64,000 nt of DNA from Malacoraja senta (Eukaryota): positions 15,874,001 through 15,938,000 of the forward strand of contig CM075988.1 of assembly GCA_038087875.1 (NCBI GenBank), given 5' to 3'. The notes beneath the pieces are model-generated. The model had not been told where the DNA came from. It was given only the letters and a program-made list of their open reading frames with translations, and did no database searches. Position 1 is the stretch's first letter, and each line of letters begins with the position of its first letter. Both the position numbers and the translations under genes were made by a program. Positions 36,720 through 50,900 of the stretch are shown piece by piece.

Positions 36720-39700
36720 AAGACCCGGTCCAAGTCGGCAGCGGAGCGGCAGGTGAAGGAGAGCAGGGTTTGGTTGACGAATTTAATTCACAAATTGGTA
36801 AATTGGCGAATTAGGCAATGAATCAGCCAATATAAGCAAAGTTTGCTCTAGGGGAGCAGTCTGTCGGGGAACGGCCTTGTCGAGGGAAGGGCCTTGTGAG
36901 TAAAGTGCCAGTCTTTGGCTCAAGAGTCTTTGACGAGGAGGCTGATCGAAATGTGTGATTTTTGTCCACTGAAGAAATGGCAGGCATGTTGGTGCAGTGT
37001 GTTTCCTGCAGGATGTGGGAAGTCAGGGGCACGGCTGGAGCTTCTGGAGACTACACCTGCAGAAATTGTGTCCAGGTGCAGCTCCTGAATGAACGTGTTG
37101 AGGAACTGGAGAAGCAGCTGGATGAACTCCGGGCCATCCGGGAGAACGAGAGTTTCGTGGACAGGACTTACAGTGAGGTTATCACGTCAAGGAAATACAG
37201 GAAGAGAAAAGGTGGGTGACTGGGAGAAAGGGGAGTAACCGTGGGGTGCAGGAGACCCCAGTGGCTGTGCCAAATGAAAACACGTACACTCTTTTGGGGC
37301 AGACGACACTTCCAGTCCAAGCAGCGAACAGGTCGGTGCCTCCAATCCTAGTGATGAGACTCGACTGGTGAGACCGACGTCGGGCAGAGCTATAGTAGTG
37401 GGTGACTCCATTGTCCGAGGTGCGGACTGGAGATTCTGTGGCGGCAGGCGAGACTCGAGGATGGCCTGTTGCCTCCCTGGTGCCAGGGTTCAAGATATCC
37501 CAAACTGACGTCAGAACATCCTCGAGAGGGAAGGTGAACAGCCGGCAGTCGTTGTGCACGTGGGCACAAACGACGTCGGGAAGAAGAAGAAGGAGGTTCT
37601 GCAATGCGAGTTTGGAGAAGAAGACTGAAAAGCAGGACTTCTAGCGTGGTTGTCTCTGGATTGCTTCCAGTACCTCGTGCTAGTGAAGGCAGGAACAGGG
37701 AGATAGGGGATCTGAAAGTGTGGATGGGGGGCTGGTGCAGGGAACAAGGATTTGGATTTATAGACCACTGGGATCTCTTCTGTGGTAGGGGTGACCTGTA
37801 CAAAAGGGACGGGTTACACCTTCACTGGAGGGTGATTAACGTTCTGGCAGACAGGTTTGCTAGTGCTACACGTGTGGGTTTAAACTAAATAGGGGGGGGG
37901 GGGTTGACAAATTGGGAGTATAAAGATGGAGTTAAAGGAGAAGTGAGTACAGGAAAAGTTACAAAAGATTCCCGAATTAATGGGAAGAAATGTTTGAGAA
38001 CGGATAAGAGAGTACAGTCAGGGCCAATAGTGACCGGTGTGAGAGGCGAAGTGACTACTGAAGTTAAAGTGTTGTATATGAATGAGCAAAGTATAAGAAA
38101 TAAAGTGGATGAGCTTGAGGCTCAGTTAGAAATTGGCAAGTATGATGTTGTGGGAATTACAGTGACATGGCTGCAAGAGGACCACAGCTGGGAACTGAAT
38201 ATTCAAGGCTATACGTCCTATCAAAAAGACAGACAGGTGGGCAAAGGGGGTGGGGTAGCTCTGTTCGTGAGGAATGAAATTCAGGCCCTTGCGAGGGGTG
38301 ACATAGAATCAGGAGATGTGGAGTCAGTATGGATAGAACTGAGGAATTGTAAGGGTAAAAATACTCCAATGGGAGTTATATACAGGCCCCCAAACTGTAG
38401 CCTGGATATAGGGTGCAAGTTGAATCAAGAGTTAAAATTAGCATGTCGCAAAGGTAATGCTACGGTTGTTATGGGAGATTTCAACATGCAGGTAGACTGG
38501 GAAAATCAGGTTGGTACTGGACCCCAAGAAAGGGAGTTTGTGGCGTGCCTCCGTGATGGATTCTTAGAGCAGCTTGTATTGGAGCCTACCAGGGAGAATG
38601 CAATTCTGGATTTAGTGTTGTGTAATGAACCTGATTTGATGAGGGAACTCAAGGTAAAGGAGTCATTTAGCGTGATCATAATATGATAAGTTTTAATCTA
38701 CAATTGGGGAGGGAGTAGGGAAAATCGGAGGTGTCAGTATTACTATTGAACAAAGAGGATTATGGAGCCATGAGGGAGGAGCTGGCCAAAGTTGACTGGA
38801 AAGATACCCTAGCAGGGATGACAGTGGAACAACAATGGCAGGTATTTCTGGGAATAATTCAGAAGGTGCAGGATCAGTTCATTCCAAAGAGGAAGAAAGA
38901 TTCCAAGGGGAGTAAGGGATGGCCGTGGCTGACAAGGGACATCAGGGACAGTATAAAACTAAAAGAGAAGTATAACATAGCAAAGGTGAGCGGGAAGACA
39001 GAGGATTGGAAAACATTTAAAGAGCAACAGAAGATAACTAAAAAGGCAATGCGGGGAGAAAAGATGAGGTACGAAGGTAAGTTAGCCAAGAATATAAAGG
39101 AGGATAGTAAAAGCTTTAGGTATGAGAAGAGGAAATAATTTGATAAGGCCAAAGTTGGACTCTTGAAGACTCAAACAGGCGAATTTATTATGCGGATCAA
39201 GGAAATGGCAGATGAGTTGAACAGGTACTTTGGATCCGTCGTCACTTAGGACACAAACAATTTTCCTGATGTACTAGTGGCCAGAGGATCTGGGGTGACG
39301 GAGGAACTGAAGGAAATCCACATTAGGCAGGAAATGTGTTGGGTAGACTGATGGGACTGAAGGCTGATAAATTCCCAAGGTCTGATGGTCTGCATCCCAG
39401 GGTACTTAAGGAAGTGGGTCTTGAAATCGTGGATGCATTGATGATTATTTTCCAATGTTCTATAGATTCAGGATCAGTTCCTGTGGATTGGAGGGTAGCA
39501 AATGTTATCCCACATTTTAAGAAAGGTGGGAGAGAGAAAACAGGGAATTATAGACCAGATAGCCTGATAGTGGTGGGGAAGATGCTGGAGTCAATTATAA
39601 AAGTTGAAATAGCGGCACATTTGGAAAGCAGTAACAGGAAAATCATGCTTGACTAATGTTCTGGAATTTTTTGAGAAAGTAACTAGGAAAATGGACAAGG

Positions 39701-40915
39701 GAGAGCCAGTGGATGTAGTGTACCTGGACTTACAGAAAGCATTTGATAATGTCCCACATAGGAGACGAGTGGGCAAAATTAGAGCACATGGTATTGAGGG
39801 TAGGGTACTGACATGGATAGAAAATTGGTTGGCAGACTGGAAACAAAGAGTAGTGATTAATGGGTCCCTTTCAGAATGGCAGGCAGTGACTAGTGGGATT
39901 CTCCAAGGCTCGGTGCTGGGACCGCAGCTATTTCCAATATACATTAATGATTTAGATGAAGGGATTAAAAGTAACATTAGCAAATTTGCAGATGACACAA
40001 AGCTGGGTGGCAGTGTGTACTGTGAGGAGGATGCTATGAGGCTGCAGGGTGACTTGGACAGGTTGGGAGAATGGGCAGATGCATGGCAGATGCAGTTTAA
40101 TGTGGATAAATGTGAGGTTATCCACTTTGGTGGCAAGAACAGGAAGGCAGATTATTATCTGAATGGTGTCAAGTTGGGAAAAGGGGAAGTACAACGAGAT
40201 CTGGGGGTCCTTGTTCGTCAGTCACTGAAAGTAAGCATGCAGGTACAGCAGGCAGTGAAGAAAGTGAATGGCATGTTGGCCTTCATAACAAGAGGAGTTG
40301 AGTATAGGAACAAATAGGTACTTCTGCAGTTGTATGGGGCCCTAGTGAAATCACACCTGGAGTATTGTGTGCAGCTTTGGTCTGCAAATTTGAGGAAGGA
40401 CATTCTTGATATCGAGGGAGTGCAGTGTAGGTTTACGAGGTTAATTCCCGGGATGGCGGGACTGCCATATGTTGATAGAATGGAGCTGCTGGGCTTGTAT
40501 ACTCTGGAATTTAGAAGGATGAGAGGGAATCTTATTGAAACATGTAAGATTATTAAGGGTTTGGGCACGCTAGAGGCAGGAAACATGTTCCCGATGTTGG
40601 GGAAGTCCAGAACCAGGGGCCACAGTTTAAGAATAAGGGATAAGCAATTTAGAACGGAGATGAGGAAAAACTTTTCACTCAGAGGGTTGTGAATCTGTGG
40701 AATTCTCTGCCTCAGAGGGCAGTGGAGGCCAATTCTCTGGATGCTTTCAAGAGAGAGCTAGATAGGGCTCTTAAAAGTAGTGGAGTCATGGGGATATGGG
40801 GAGAAGGCAGGAACGGGGTACTGATTGGGGATGATCAGCCATGATCACAGTGAATGGCAGTGCTGGCCGAACGGCCGAATGGCCTACTCCTGCACCTGTT
40901 GTTTATTGTCTATTG
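36720..40915 (+). mobile_element. CR1 LINE, near full length, decayed
   Basis: ORF1 CVSCRMWE...CRNC, GDSIVRG, VHVGTND, DGLHL; ORF2 GDFNMQ, YLDLQKAFD, QGSVLGP, KFADD; TATTGTCTATTG tail. Confidence 0.95.
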
Positions 40916-41139
40916 ACTAAAGCGTATCTGGCTACAGATTATCCAAACCCCTCCACTCCCTGCATATCCATGTGCCTATCCAAAAGTTTCTTAAATGCCA
41001 CTATCATATTTGCATCCACCCTCACACCCGCAGTGCGTTCCAGGCACTTACCACCCTCTGTGTAAAAATGTTGTCCCTCACATCTCCCTCAAACGTTGCT
41101 CCTCTCACCCGAAAGCTTTGCACTCTGGTATTTGATATA

Positions 41140-42015
41140 TCAGATTCAGATTCAACTTTATTGTCATTGTGCAGTGTACAGTACAGAGACAATGAAATGC
41201 AGTTAGCATCTCCCTAGAAGAGCGAAATAAATATGAGCAGTAAATAAATAAATCTAATAAATCCTGGTGGGAGGAGTGTCCGGGGGGGTGTGATTTGCAG
41301 TCACCGAGGTACAGTGTTGAGTAGTGTCACAGCCGCAGCTGAGCGCCCTTCGCAGACAACGCTTGCTTTGGACAGACTCAATGGAGGGGAGTGAGGAACG
41401 GTGATGCGTTGGGCAATTTTCACCACCCTCTGCAGTGCTTTCCGGTCGGAGACAGTAGTTGCCATACCATACTGTGATGCAGTTAGTAAGGATGCTCTCG
41501 ATGGTGCAGCGGTAGAAGTTCACCAGAATCTGAGGAGACAGATGGACCTTCTTTAGTCTCCTCAGGAAGAAGAGACGCTGGTGAGCCTTCTTGACCAGAG
41601 TTGAGGTATTGTGGGTCCAAGAGAGGTCATCGGAGATGTTGACCCCCAGGAACCTGAAGCTGGAAACACGTTCCACCTCCATCCCGTTAATGTGGATGGG
41701 GGGGGGGGGTGCGTGCCGCCCCTAGACTTCCTGAAGTCTACAATGAGCTCCTTGGTCTTCTTGGAGTTAAGGGCCAGGTTGTTGTCAGCGCACCATGCTG
41801 CTAGGAGCTGGACCTCCTCCCTAAAGGCCGACTCATCGTTGTTGCTGATGAGGCCAATCACCGTTGTATCATCTGCATACTTGATGATGGGTGTTAGTAC
41901 CATGTACAGGTGTGCAGTCGTAGGTGAAGAGGGAGTAGAGGAGGGGGCTCAGCACACAGCCCTGTGGAACGCCGGTGTTCAGGGTGAGGGTTGAAGAGGT
42001 GTGCTTGTCTAACCT
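41140..42015 (-). mobile_element. Rex1/Babar LINE 3' fragment
   Basis: IIKYADDTTVIGLI, LNSKKTKELIVDFRK, KKAHQRLFFLRRL; (TGAATC)n tail. Confidence 0.9.
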
Positions 42016-42019
42016 TCCA

Positions 42020-42850
42020 TCCTGGAAGAAAAGTGTTGTCTGTCTTTATCTATGCCTCTCATAACTTTACACTCTTCTATTACGTCTCCCTCAGCCTATG
42101 GTGTTCCTGAGAAAACAATCCAATTCTGTCAAGAGAGAGTTAGATTTAGCTAAGGGGAATCAAGGGATATGGGGAAAAAGCCGGAACAGGGTACTGATTT
42201 TGGGATGATCAGCCATGGCAGTGCTGGCTCGAAGGGCCGAATGGCCTACTCCTGCTACTACAGTATTTTCTATGTTTCTATGTTTCTGTCCAACCTCTCC
42301 TTGCAACTAATACCTTCTAATCAGGCATCATTCTGGTAACCCTCCTCTGCACCCTTTCGATAGCCTCCACATCCTTCCGTATTGGGCAACCAGAATTGCA
42401 ACGCAATACTCCAAATATATTGTCAAACAACATCCTATAAAGTTGCATCATGACTTACAAACTCTTATACTCAGTGTCTCGACCAAAGAAGGCAAGCATA
42501 CCATAAGCCTTCTTTATCATTCTATCTACGAGTGTTGCCGCTTTCAGGAAGTTATGGACTTTAGACCTGATTTCTCTGTACATCAATGCTATTAAAGGAC
42601 TTTCCATTAATTGTATATTTTCCCTTACATTCAACCTTCCAAAGTGCAACACCTCACACTTGTGATTAAACTCCATCTGCCATTTTTCCACCCATTTCTG
42701 TAGCTGAACTGCATCCCATTGTATACGTTGACCGACTTCCGCACAGTCTGTGACCACAGCAATCTTGGTGTCATCTGCAAACTTACTAACCATCTACATT
42801 CAAGTCTGAATCATTTACAATGTCATGAGCAACAGAAGTCCAGCACAGAT
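42020..42850 (-). mobile_element. CR1 RT/3' fragment
   Basis: SKFADDTKI...WQMEFN.KCEVLHFG. Confidence 0.85.
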
Positions 42851-43369
42851 CCCTGCAGAAGGGCGACGCAGTGGACTGTGGAAGTGCTTCCAAGATGTGC
42901 AATTTTTCCTTAACTGTGGATTCCTCTTCATATTGTTGACAAAAGTTTATCTCCTCCAGGTTGGAGAAATTAAACAGAGAGCACTTCCATTCAGTATGCA
43001 AGGGAGAACCTGACCCTTGATCAGCAGCACATTGGCACCCAGTTAATGCTGCTGCCTGGCACCTCCAGCATCTTGGCCCAACCCTGACCGCTGTTCCGGC
43101 TGTGAGGGGATTGCACACTCTCCCTGTGGATTTCCTATGGGTATTCTGGAACTCCCAACCCCACATCTCAAAGATGTGCAGGCTGGTAGGTTAGCTTACA
43201 CTAACTTTCCCCTCGTGTTGACGAATAGTAGAATCTAGGAGATTTGAAGGGAATGTGAGGAGAATAGAATATGGGATTAGTATAGGATTATCATAAAGAG
43301 TAGTTGATGGTTGGCATGGACTCAGTGGGCTAAAGGGGCCTGCTTTGCTGGATGACCCTATGATACTCA

Positions 43370-44570
43370 CAAGTTCACAAGTCACAGGAGTAGAATTAGG
43401 CATTCGGCCCATTGAGTCCACTCCGCCATTCAAACTTGGCACTTCTCTGCCTCCTAATCCCATTTTCCTGCCTTCTCCCCATAACCCTTGACACCCGTTC
43501 TAATCAAGAAATTGTCTATCTCTGCCTTAAAAATATCCACTAACTTGGCCTCCAGAGCCCCCCTGTGGCCATGAGTTCCACAGATTAACTACCCTCTGAC
43601 TAAAGAAGTTCCTCCTCACCTCCTTTCTAAAATAGCGCCTTTAATTCTGAGCCAATGACCTCTGGTCCTAGACTCTCCCAACAGTGGAAACATCCATTCC
43701 GCATTCATTCTATCTATGCCTTTCATTATTCTGTAAGTTTCAATGAGGTCCCCCTCAACCTTCTAAACCCTAGTGAATACAGGCCCAGTGCTGTCAACGC
43801 TCATCATATGCTAACCCACTAATTCCTGGAATCATTCTTGTAAACCTCTTCTGGACCCTCTCCAGAGCCAGCACATCCTTCCTCAGATATGAGGGCCCAA
43901 ATCTGCTCACAGTACTCCAAATGCAGCCCAACCAGCGCCTTATAGAGCCTCTGTTTTTGTATTCCAGTCCTTTTTGATATTCAAACTAGCATTGAATTTG
44001 CTTTCCGTACTACCGATTGGACTTGCAAATTAACTTTTTGGGAGTCCTGCACCAGCACTCCCAGGTCCCTTTGCACCCCTGATTTCTGGATTCCCTCTCC
44101 ATTTATAAAATAATCTACACCTTTATTCTTATTACCAAATTACCAAATATTTTTTTTAACATGTTCAATAAAAATAATTTAATTTTTTTTTTTTAATTAA
44201 AAAAAATCTATGACTCTGCAACTTTGCTATACTGAATTTCATTGCCCAATCCCCTAACCTGTACAAATCCTACTGCAGAGTCCTTGCTTCTTCTACACTG
44301 CCTGCCCCTCCATCTATTTCAGCATTATCTGCGAACTTGGCCACAAAGCCTTCAATCCCCTTATCCAAATCATTGATATACAACATGAAGACCAGCACAG
44401 ACCTTGCGGAACTGCACTAGTCACTGGCAGCCAACCTGAAAAAGCGCCTTTTATTGCAACTCTTTGCCTTCTGCCATCCAGCCAACCGCTATCCATGCTA
44501 ATATCTTCCCTTTAATACCAGGGGCTATCATCTTCCCTTGCAGCCTGATGTGTGGCACCTTATCAAAGGT
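43370..44570 (-). mobile_element. CR1 RT/3' fragment
   Basis: WLDGRRQRVAIKGAFSGWLPVTSAVPQG; (CTTGTGA)n tail near 43370. Confidence 0.85.
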
Positions 44571-45336
44571 ACAGTGACTCTAACTGAAATTACAAGCCTT
44601 TGCCACTCTCTCTCACCCTCCACTTCCACATTCAACATCTCTAGATTTCCACCCTATCAGAGATATCTTCTTTATTCCCTCCTGCTCATTCCATTCTCTG
44701 CATGCTTGTTTTCTAACTTTTCTAGGTTCTGTCTAATAATCCTTAGGTATTTCCCAGAGACATGGATGGAATTTCACCGCACAGCTGGTACAGTTTAGGA
44801 TTTCTGCAATCACACTATTGGCAGGCTGTGAGATGATACTCAGACCCAAGACCTCCTCCTTTCCAATTCCTTAGAGTTTTTCAAGTTCCTTCTTTCCCCT
44901 CTCGTTTCCACTCTCCCTCCCCACCACTCTCCCTCCTCTCCTCTTCCCTTCCCATGCTATCATTCAATGTTGATCCAGTTACTATCTGAATGGATATATC
45001 CTAATTGGGCAAAAAGTGATGAAGGGGAAATGCTGACAGTTGATGGGAAGGTTTGGTCAAGGGGCAGCAAGGGTATGACATTTCCCCTTGAAATCTCGTT
45101 GGGAGAAGATGAGAACATTACACCAGTGGTGCCAGATATCGGTTCAGGAGTTGTACTCTATTTTCCAAATTCGAATGGTCACGGATTCCCAAAGCAAATA
45201 CTTATGAGCATACTCCTGGCTGACAGTCCAGTCCAACTGAGGGGGTGAACTAAACTTTGGTCCCATCCTGATTCAAACATGAATGTACTCATAGCACCAA
45301 TTCAAGAAAAATGTAAAAACTCCTCACTAGTTTTCC

Positions 45337-45478
45337 TTCTTCTTCTTTCGTGTGGCGTGCACAGCCTAAAGTTGTTGGGACAACTTGTTCTATTCGATCT
45401 TCCGTTTGTGCACGTCGAGTTGATTGTATTAGTCAAAACAGGGCGGACCACATGAAGGTTGCCAATCTTCCACCCCTC
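45337..45478 (-). mobile_element. 142-bp non-autonomous retroposon with ribozyme-like head and (GAA)n tail
   Basis: 10-bp TSD CTAGTTTTCC at 45327-45336 and 45479-45488; 3' end CCACACGAAAGAAGAAGAA. Confidence 0.85.
45422..45476 (-). ncRNA. HDV/CPEB3-like self-cleaving ribozyme fold
   Basis: GGGGUGG(P1) AA GAUUGGCA(P2) ACC(P3) UUCAUGU(L3) GGU(P3') CCGCCCU(P1') G UUUUGA CUAA(J4/2, catalytic C) UACAAUC(P2'). Confidence 0.75.
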
Positions 45479-45584
45479 CTAGTTTTCCGATCAGTGCTCA
45501 ACTCAAAGATCAAATGAAGAAGTAAGGAACTACAGAGGCCGTTTTACACAAAAGAACACAAATTTTGGCTTGTTTTCATAGGAT

Positions 45585-45700
45585 GTTGAATGCAAATTTT
45601 CCACTTTGTTTCCTATATTATAACATTTGACTACATATGAAAAGTACTTCAAATTGTTTGTGACTCTGAAATTGTAACAAGTGCAATACAAATACTCATG
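45585..45700 (+). mobile_element. ancient Deu-domain SINE relic
   Basis: GCAAATTTTCCACTTTGTTTCCTATATTATAACATTTGACTACATATGAAAAGTACTTCA resembles the recalled DeuSINE 3' region. Confidence 0.5.
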
Positions 45701-47979
45701 CCTTCTTTCAAAGAATTTAAGTTTGAAACTTCCTATAATGTGCATTACTACATGTTTAACAATGTTTACAACAGCTTCGAACTTCCCTTGTCCCACCAAC
45801 AAGCCCCTCTCTTCAGTTGCATTTTTTTCTCCTCATTTTTGACTTTGGTCGATTGATTTGAAAGGATGTGGTTCTCAGAATATAGAAGTGAGAACAATAA
45901 GAGCACGTGAGGTATGAACATTTTCCTCCCTTCCCCAACCCCTGCCCACACCCATTCATTTGGGGCTCAGGGCTTGTTAAATACCATCAAAAGTTCTGAC
46001 TTGTAAAACCTTCCAAGTTATCATCCGCTTCCTCTGTCCCAACTTTCTCTCTATATTGTGCAGGGAAGGAACTGCAGATGCTGGCTTATACCAACATAGT
46101 CACAAAATGCTGGAGTAAGATGAGCGGGTCAGGAAGCATCTTCGGGGAAAAATAATTGGTGACATTTCGGGTTGGAACCCTTCCTCAGACTGACACGTCA
46201 CCTATTCTTTTTCTCAGAGATGCTTCCTGACCGCTGAGTTACTCATGGCAGCCTGTGTCTTTTTCCTTTCCATCTTTCCTGTTTACAATCTATTTCTTCT
46301 ATTCTATCGCCCTCTTTCTCTTTTCTTTTCCCCTGACTCTTGTTCCCCAGTTCTTCACTCTTACAGTCTCCTCTTAGCCTCCACACCACTCTCCTACTTT
46401 CCCACTCCCCTCCTCTCCTGCGGCCTACATTCTCTCCCTCTCCCACTCCCCTCTTTCCCCTGCTTGCTCCTCCTCGAATTTCTCATAATTGTAATTGTGC
46501 TGTTGCTTCACCGCTCAACTTTTTCTGTGGCAACAAGTTTTTACATCATCACCCTAAAAAATCTCATCAGTTCCACATCAACGTTTTAATTCTTTACATT
46601 TCACTCACGTTTGGTCTCATCTTCCATTTCACTGCTGCACCAGGTTGTAGGTGGACTCTTGCACACAGCTCACTGTTCCTTGCACATTGCTAATAGAACA
46701 CCTTCTCAAGCAACTCCTCCCTGCTCACTCCTTGCCACTGCTCTTGTACACAGCTTGTAACACGGGTCATCCACATTGTTTTCTACACCCTGCTTTTTAC
46801 ACACTCACACAATGCTCATCATGGCTTCTCTCACACACGTTGCACACTGTTCCTCATATGTAACTTCTCACACACAATACTCAATACACAGACAATGCTA
46901 CATGATTCACCACCGACACAACTTCTCACATTTGCTTTGGTGCTTGTTTATGTCTCATTGTGCTTTAGATAGCAGCGGATCCAGGACTGCTTACGAATTG
47001 CAACAATTGTTCCATTATCTCAGTAACCTGTCTGGACCCCATATTAAATGCAATTGTGATGCTGGTGGGCTCAAAGGTATATATATCGAAAGGAAACCTT
47101 GAGATAAAACATTTCTTTATATTGCTTACAATTCAAACCATGAAAACACTTCATAACATTGAGTCATAACTCATTAAATATTGTTACGTGCACAGGGTCC
47201 AGCAACCAGTTGTACATAGCAAGAATCCATCAATCACCATTATGTATATGGTCTCAGTGGGCTATTTATATACACTTTCTACTTAATCTGGAATTGTTTC
47301 TATATATAGTAATAACTGAACTGTATGCAAAAAAAATACTGTACCTTGGTACATGTAATACTACAAACCATAGAACCATTGTACCATGATATCCTGATAA
47401 TCAAATCAAACCTGGTGTTGAGGCATTGGACCATGAGTAGTAGACAGGGCTCTGTTTTCTTCACTGCTCTTTGCTGAGCATTTGCTATGTCAAGCATCTT
47501 TATGCCTGAGCTTCACTGTAGTACTTTACTGAAGATTCTCTCTCTGTTCTACATACTTTGGTTTTGCACTGTTGTGGTGTAATTTACTTAGAACAACTGA
47601 TAATTTATTTTTATTTTTCTTGGTAATTTTTTGCTTCTGGTGTGCTTACAAGGCTGTGCAAGTAAGGATTTCAATGTTCCGGCTCATGTGACAAATTAAA
47701 CGAGTTTGTGTCTCTCGACTTGAATGTTCTGCATGGGGAACCAATCTGGGGAAAAAACAGGAAGTAAGGCACAAACCACAACCTTTGAACAAACACTAGA
47801 GTGGCAACAACCGTAGCAAAATGGCACTGAAATAACCAGCTTCACAGCCAATGCAATTCAACACTCGGAAAACAATGTCTTGCATTTCTACATGGACGCT
47901 TCACATATTAGGGCATTCCACTGATATACCACCTGTAAAATAGTCCCAAGGCACTTCACAGGAGCAACATAAAACAAAA

Positions 47980-50900
47980 CAAAGACACACTTGTCATACT
48001 GGCCCAGCATTTACGGACCCCAACTGGATGACAGCTCATTTGTAACCAAATTTTTTACATATCTCCCAAATATTGAAAATCACACGTCATTGTGGTTGGA
48101 GATTTAATCTGGTCCAAGACCCTATACTGGACAGAATCTTCGAACAAAGCCTCTACTTTAACTAAATCAGGTAAGACTCTGCATGCTTTTGCCAAACAAC
48201 TTAGGGCTCACAGACCCATGGAGATTTACATTCCCCACGACTAAATTATTTTCATTTTTCCCCACGTGCACCGTACCTATACCGTATAGACTTCTTTCTC
48301 TTAGATAACAGACAGCTCTCCAAAATCAAATCCAGCGAGTATCATAGCATCGTAATATCAGATCACGCTGCGACCTCCCTCGATCTCCATTTTCGTAACG
48401 AACTAACCTTTAAAGTGGAGGTTCAACTCCTCATTATTAGCAGAGGCTCACTACATGCAATTCTTGCACTCCCAAATCACCTTATATTTTGAGCTGAATG
48501 ACTCGCCGGACATAGAAAGAGGTATACTCTGGGAAGCTTCAAAAGCCTATATTAGGGGCCAACTTATCTCTTTTGTCTCCAACCTGAAAAGAACCGAGAC
48601 GTCCCAAACGGCAGACCTGTTACAAAAAATAAAGGACATTGTTGACAAATATGCATCTGACCCAAACCCTAACCTTTATAGAGAACGCCTTAGGTTACAA
48701 ACAGACTTTGACCTCACGTCTACTAATAAAGCCAAGCTACGACTGCTTAAATCTAGGCAACACTTTTTTGAATCTGGGGATAAAGCTGGAAGCTTTTGGC
48801 CATCAGGCCAGAACAGAGGCGACTTCACGGCTAATTCCAGCCATTAGATCCAGCTTAGGGAGATTCATACTGATCCTCTTAGAATTAATGAAGCATTTGC
48901 TAAATTCTACGCTGAACTATACGCTTCCGACTGTCCTCCCACTGCAGGTGACATGTTCAGTAGTATGACGTTTCCCCGAATTGACGATGAAGCCACGAGA
49001 GACTTGGGTTGGTCCCATAACTGTTGCTGAGGTCCAAGCAGCCATCACATCGTTGCAAAGCGGAAAGTCACCCGGCCCTGACGGCTTCACTGTAGAATAT
49101 TACAAAGCTTTCTCTGATCTCCTCGCACCAGTCCTGAGAGATATGTACAATGAGGCGTTTTTACATCATCGCCTACCGCCCACCTTGTCGTGGCTACTAT
49201 CTCCCTAATTCTTAAAAAGGAGAAAGATCCCCTGCTTTGTAGTAGCTATAGACCAATCTCACTCCTGAATGTGGACCTCAAAATCCTCTCTAAAGCCCTT
49301 GCGCTCCGTCTTCAACGAGTGATGCCCTCTATTATCTCGTTAGATCAAACAGGGTTCATACCAGGCCGACAGTCTTCCCACAATACTAGGGCGTCTCCTT
49401 AACATCATCCATTCTCCGAGTAGTGAGATCCTGGAGATAGTGGTCTCCCTCGACACCAAAAAAGCTTTCGACAGGGTCGTAGTGGAGTACCTATATGAGG
49501 CGATGGACAGGTTTGGCCTCGGCAACAGTTTTATTCTTTGGGTCAGTCTATTATATTCGTCCCCGGTGGCCTCAGTACAAACAAACGACACACTGTCGCC
49601 CCACTTCACCCTTCAGAGAGGTACCAGACAGGGTTGCCCGTTATCACCACTCCTGTTTGCTGTCGCGATAGAACCCCTGCGGTCTGGTTACGCTCAGAGA
49701 AGGGCTTTAAAGGTATTACACGGTTCAACACAACTCATAAAGTCTCATTGTATGCGGATGACCTGCTCCTGTACATCTCGAACCCAGTCAGTTCTCTCCC
49801 TGTGATTACGAATATTTTAGAACGGTTTGGTGCGTACTCTGGTTATAAAACTTAACTACCAAAAGAGTGAGCTATTACCGATTAACTCATTGGCTAAGCA
49901 GCTCCCTCGCTCTTTAACCTCATTCAAATGGGCAGAGGACGGGTTTCGCTATCTCGCGTTTTTGTCACAACACCCTTATCTGATATGTTCCGCACAAACT
50001 TTCTGCCTCTGGTTGAGAAAGCCGAATGAGATTTTGACCGCTGGTCAGTTTTTACCGCTATCCCTCGTGGCCCGGATAAATCTGATCAAGATGGGTCGTC
50101 CTACCCAAATTCCTGTATCTTTTCCAGCACGTCCCTATACTTATCACTAAATTTTTTTTTGATAAATTAGAAAGGTCAATATCTAAATTTTTATGGGGTA
50201 GCAAACCGGCTAGAATCCGAAAGGCGATACTGCAGTCTCCTAAGAGTGACGGCGGTTTGGCACTTCCTGACTTTAGGTGATACTATTGGGGTAGCTAACG
50301 TGCAAAATTCCTGTATTGGATGAATGATGATTGCGACCACCTACCGACCTGGGTATACATGGAAAAGGGCGAGTTCACGTCTCCCGTTGCGGTCTGTCCT
50401 ATGCTCCCAACTCCCCCTTTCTATAACATCTGTGGGTGCAGGCCCAATTGCGTCTCTCTCGCTCAAGATATGGAGTCAACTCAGGAAAAACTTTGGTTTA
50501 CAAGGCCCTTCCAATCTTGACCCCACTGCTTAAAAATCACATCTTTTAAACTTCAAGCACAGACCACGTATTCAAACCTGGCATAGCAACGGTATCAGTA
50601 GTATCAAAAACCTATACAAGGATGGCATCTTTTCGTCCTTCGCGGAGCTCTCGTCCAACTACAGCCTCCCAAACTCCCACCTTTTTCGGTTTTTCCAGAT
50701 TAGGGATTTTGTGAAGAAGACATTCCCCTATTTCCCAAATCACCCCCTTGAAACCCTGACCGATACCATCTTAGCTCTAGATCCCAACCGGAAGAAATGC
50801 ATCTCTATTTTGTATAATTTGCTAGGGTCGGTTATATTGAAACCTCATACCTCATTAAAAGCTGCGTGGGAGGGAGAGCTGAATACGAAACTAACAGACC

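Noticed and set aside
42900..42945. U12 branch-site-like TTCCTTAAC on + strand
   Set aside because: No associated exon or U12 donor on that strand
44960..45300. unique-looking stretch with a 93-aa + ORF
   Set aside because: No recognisable protein or paired splice sites; minus frames are interrupted by stops
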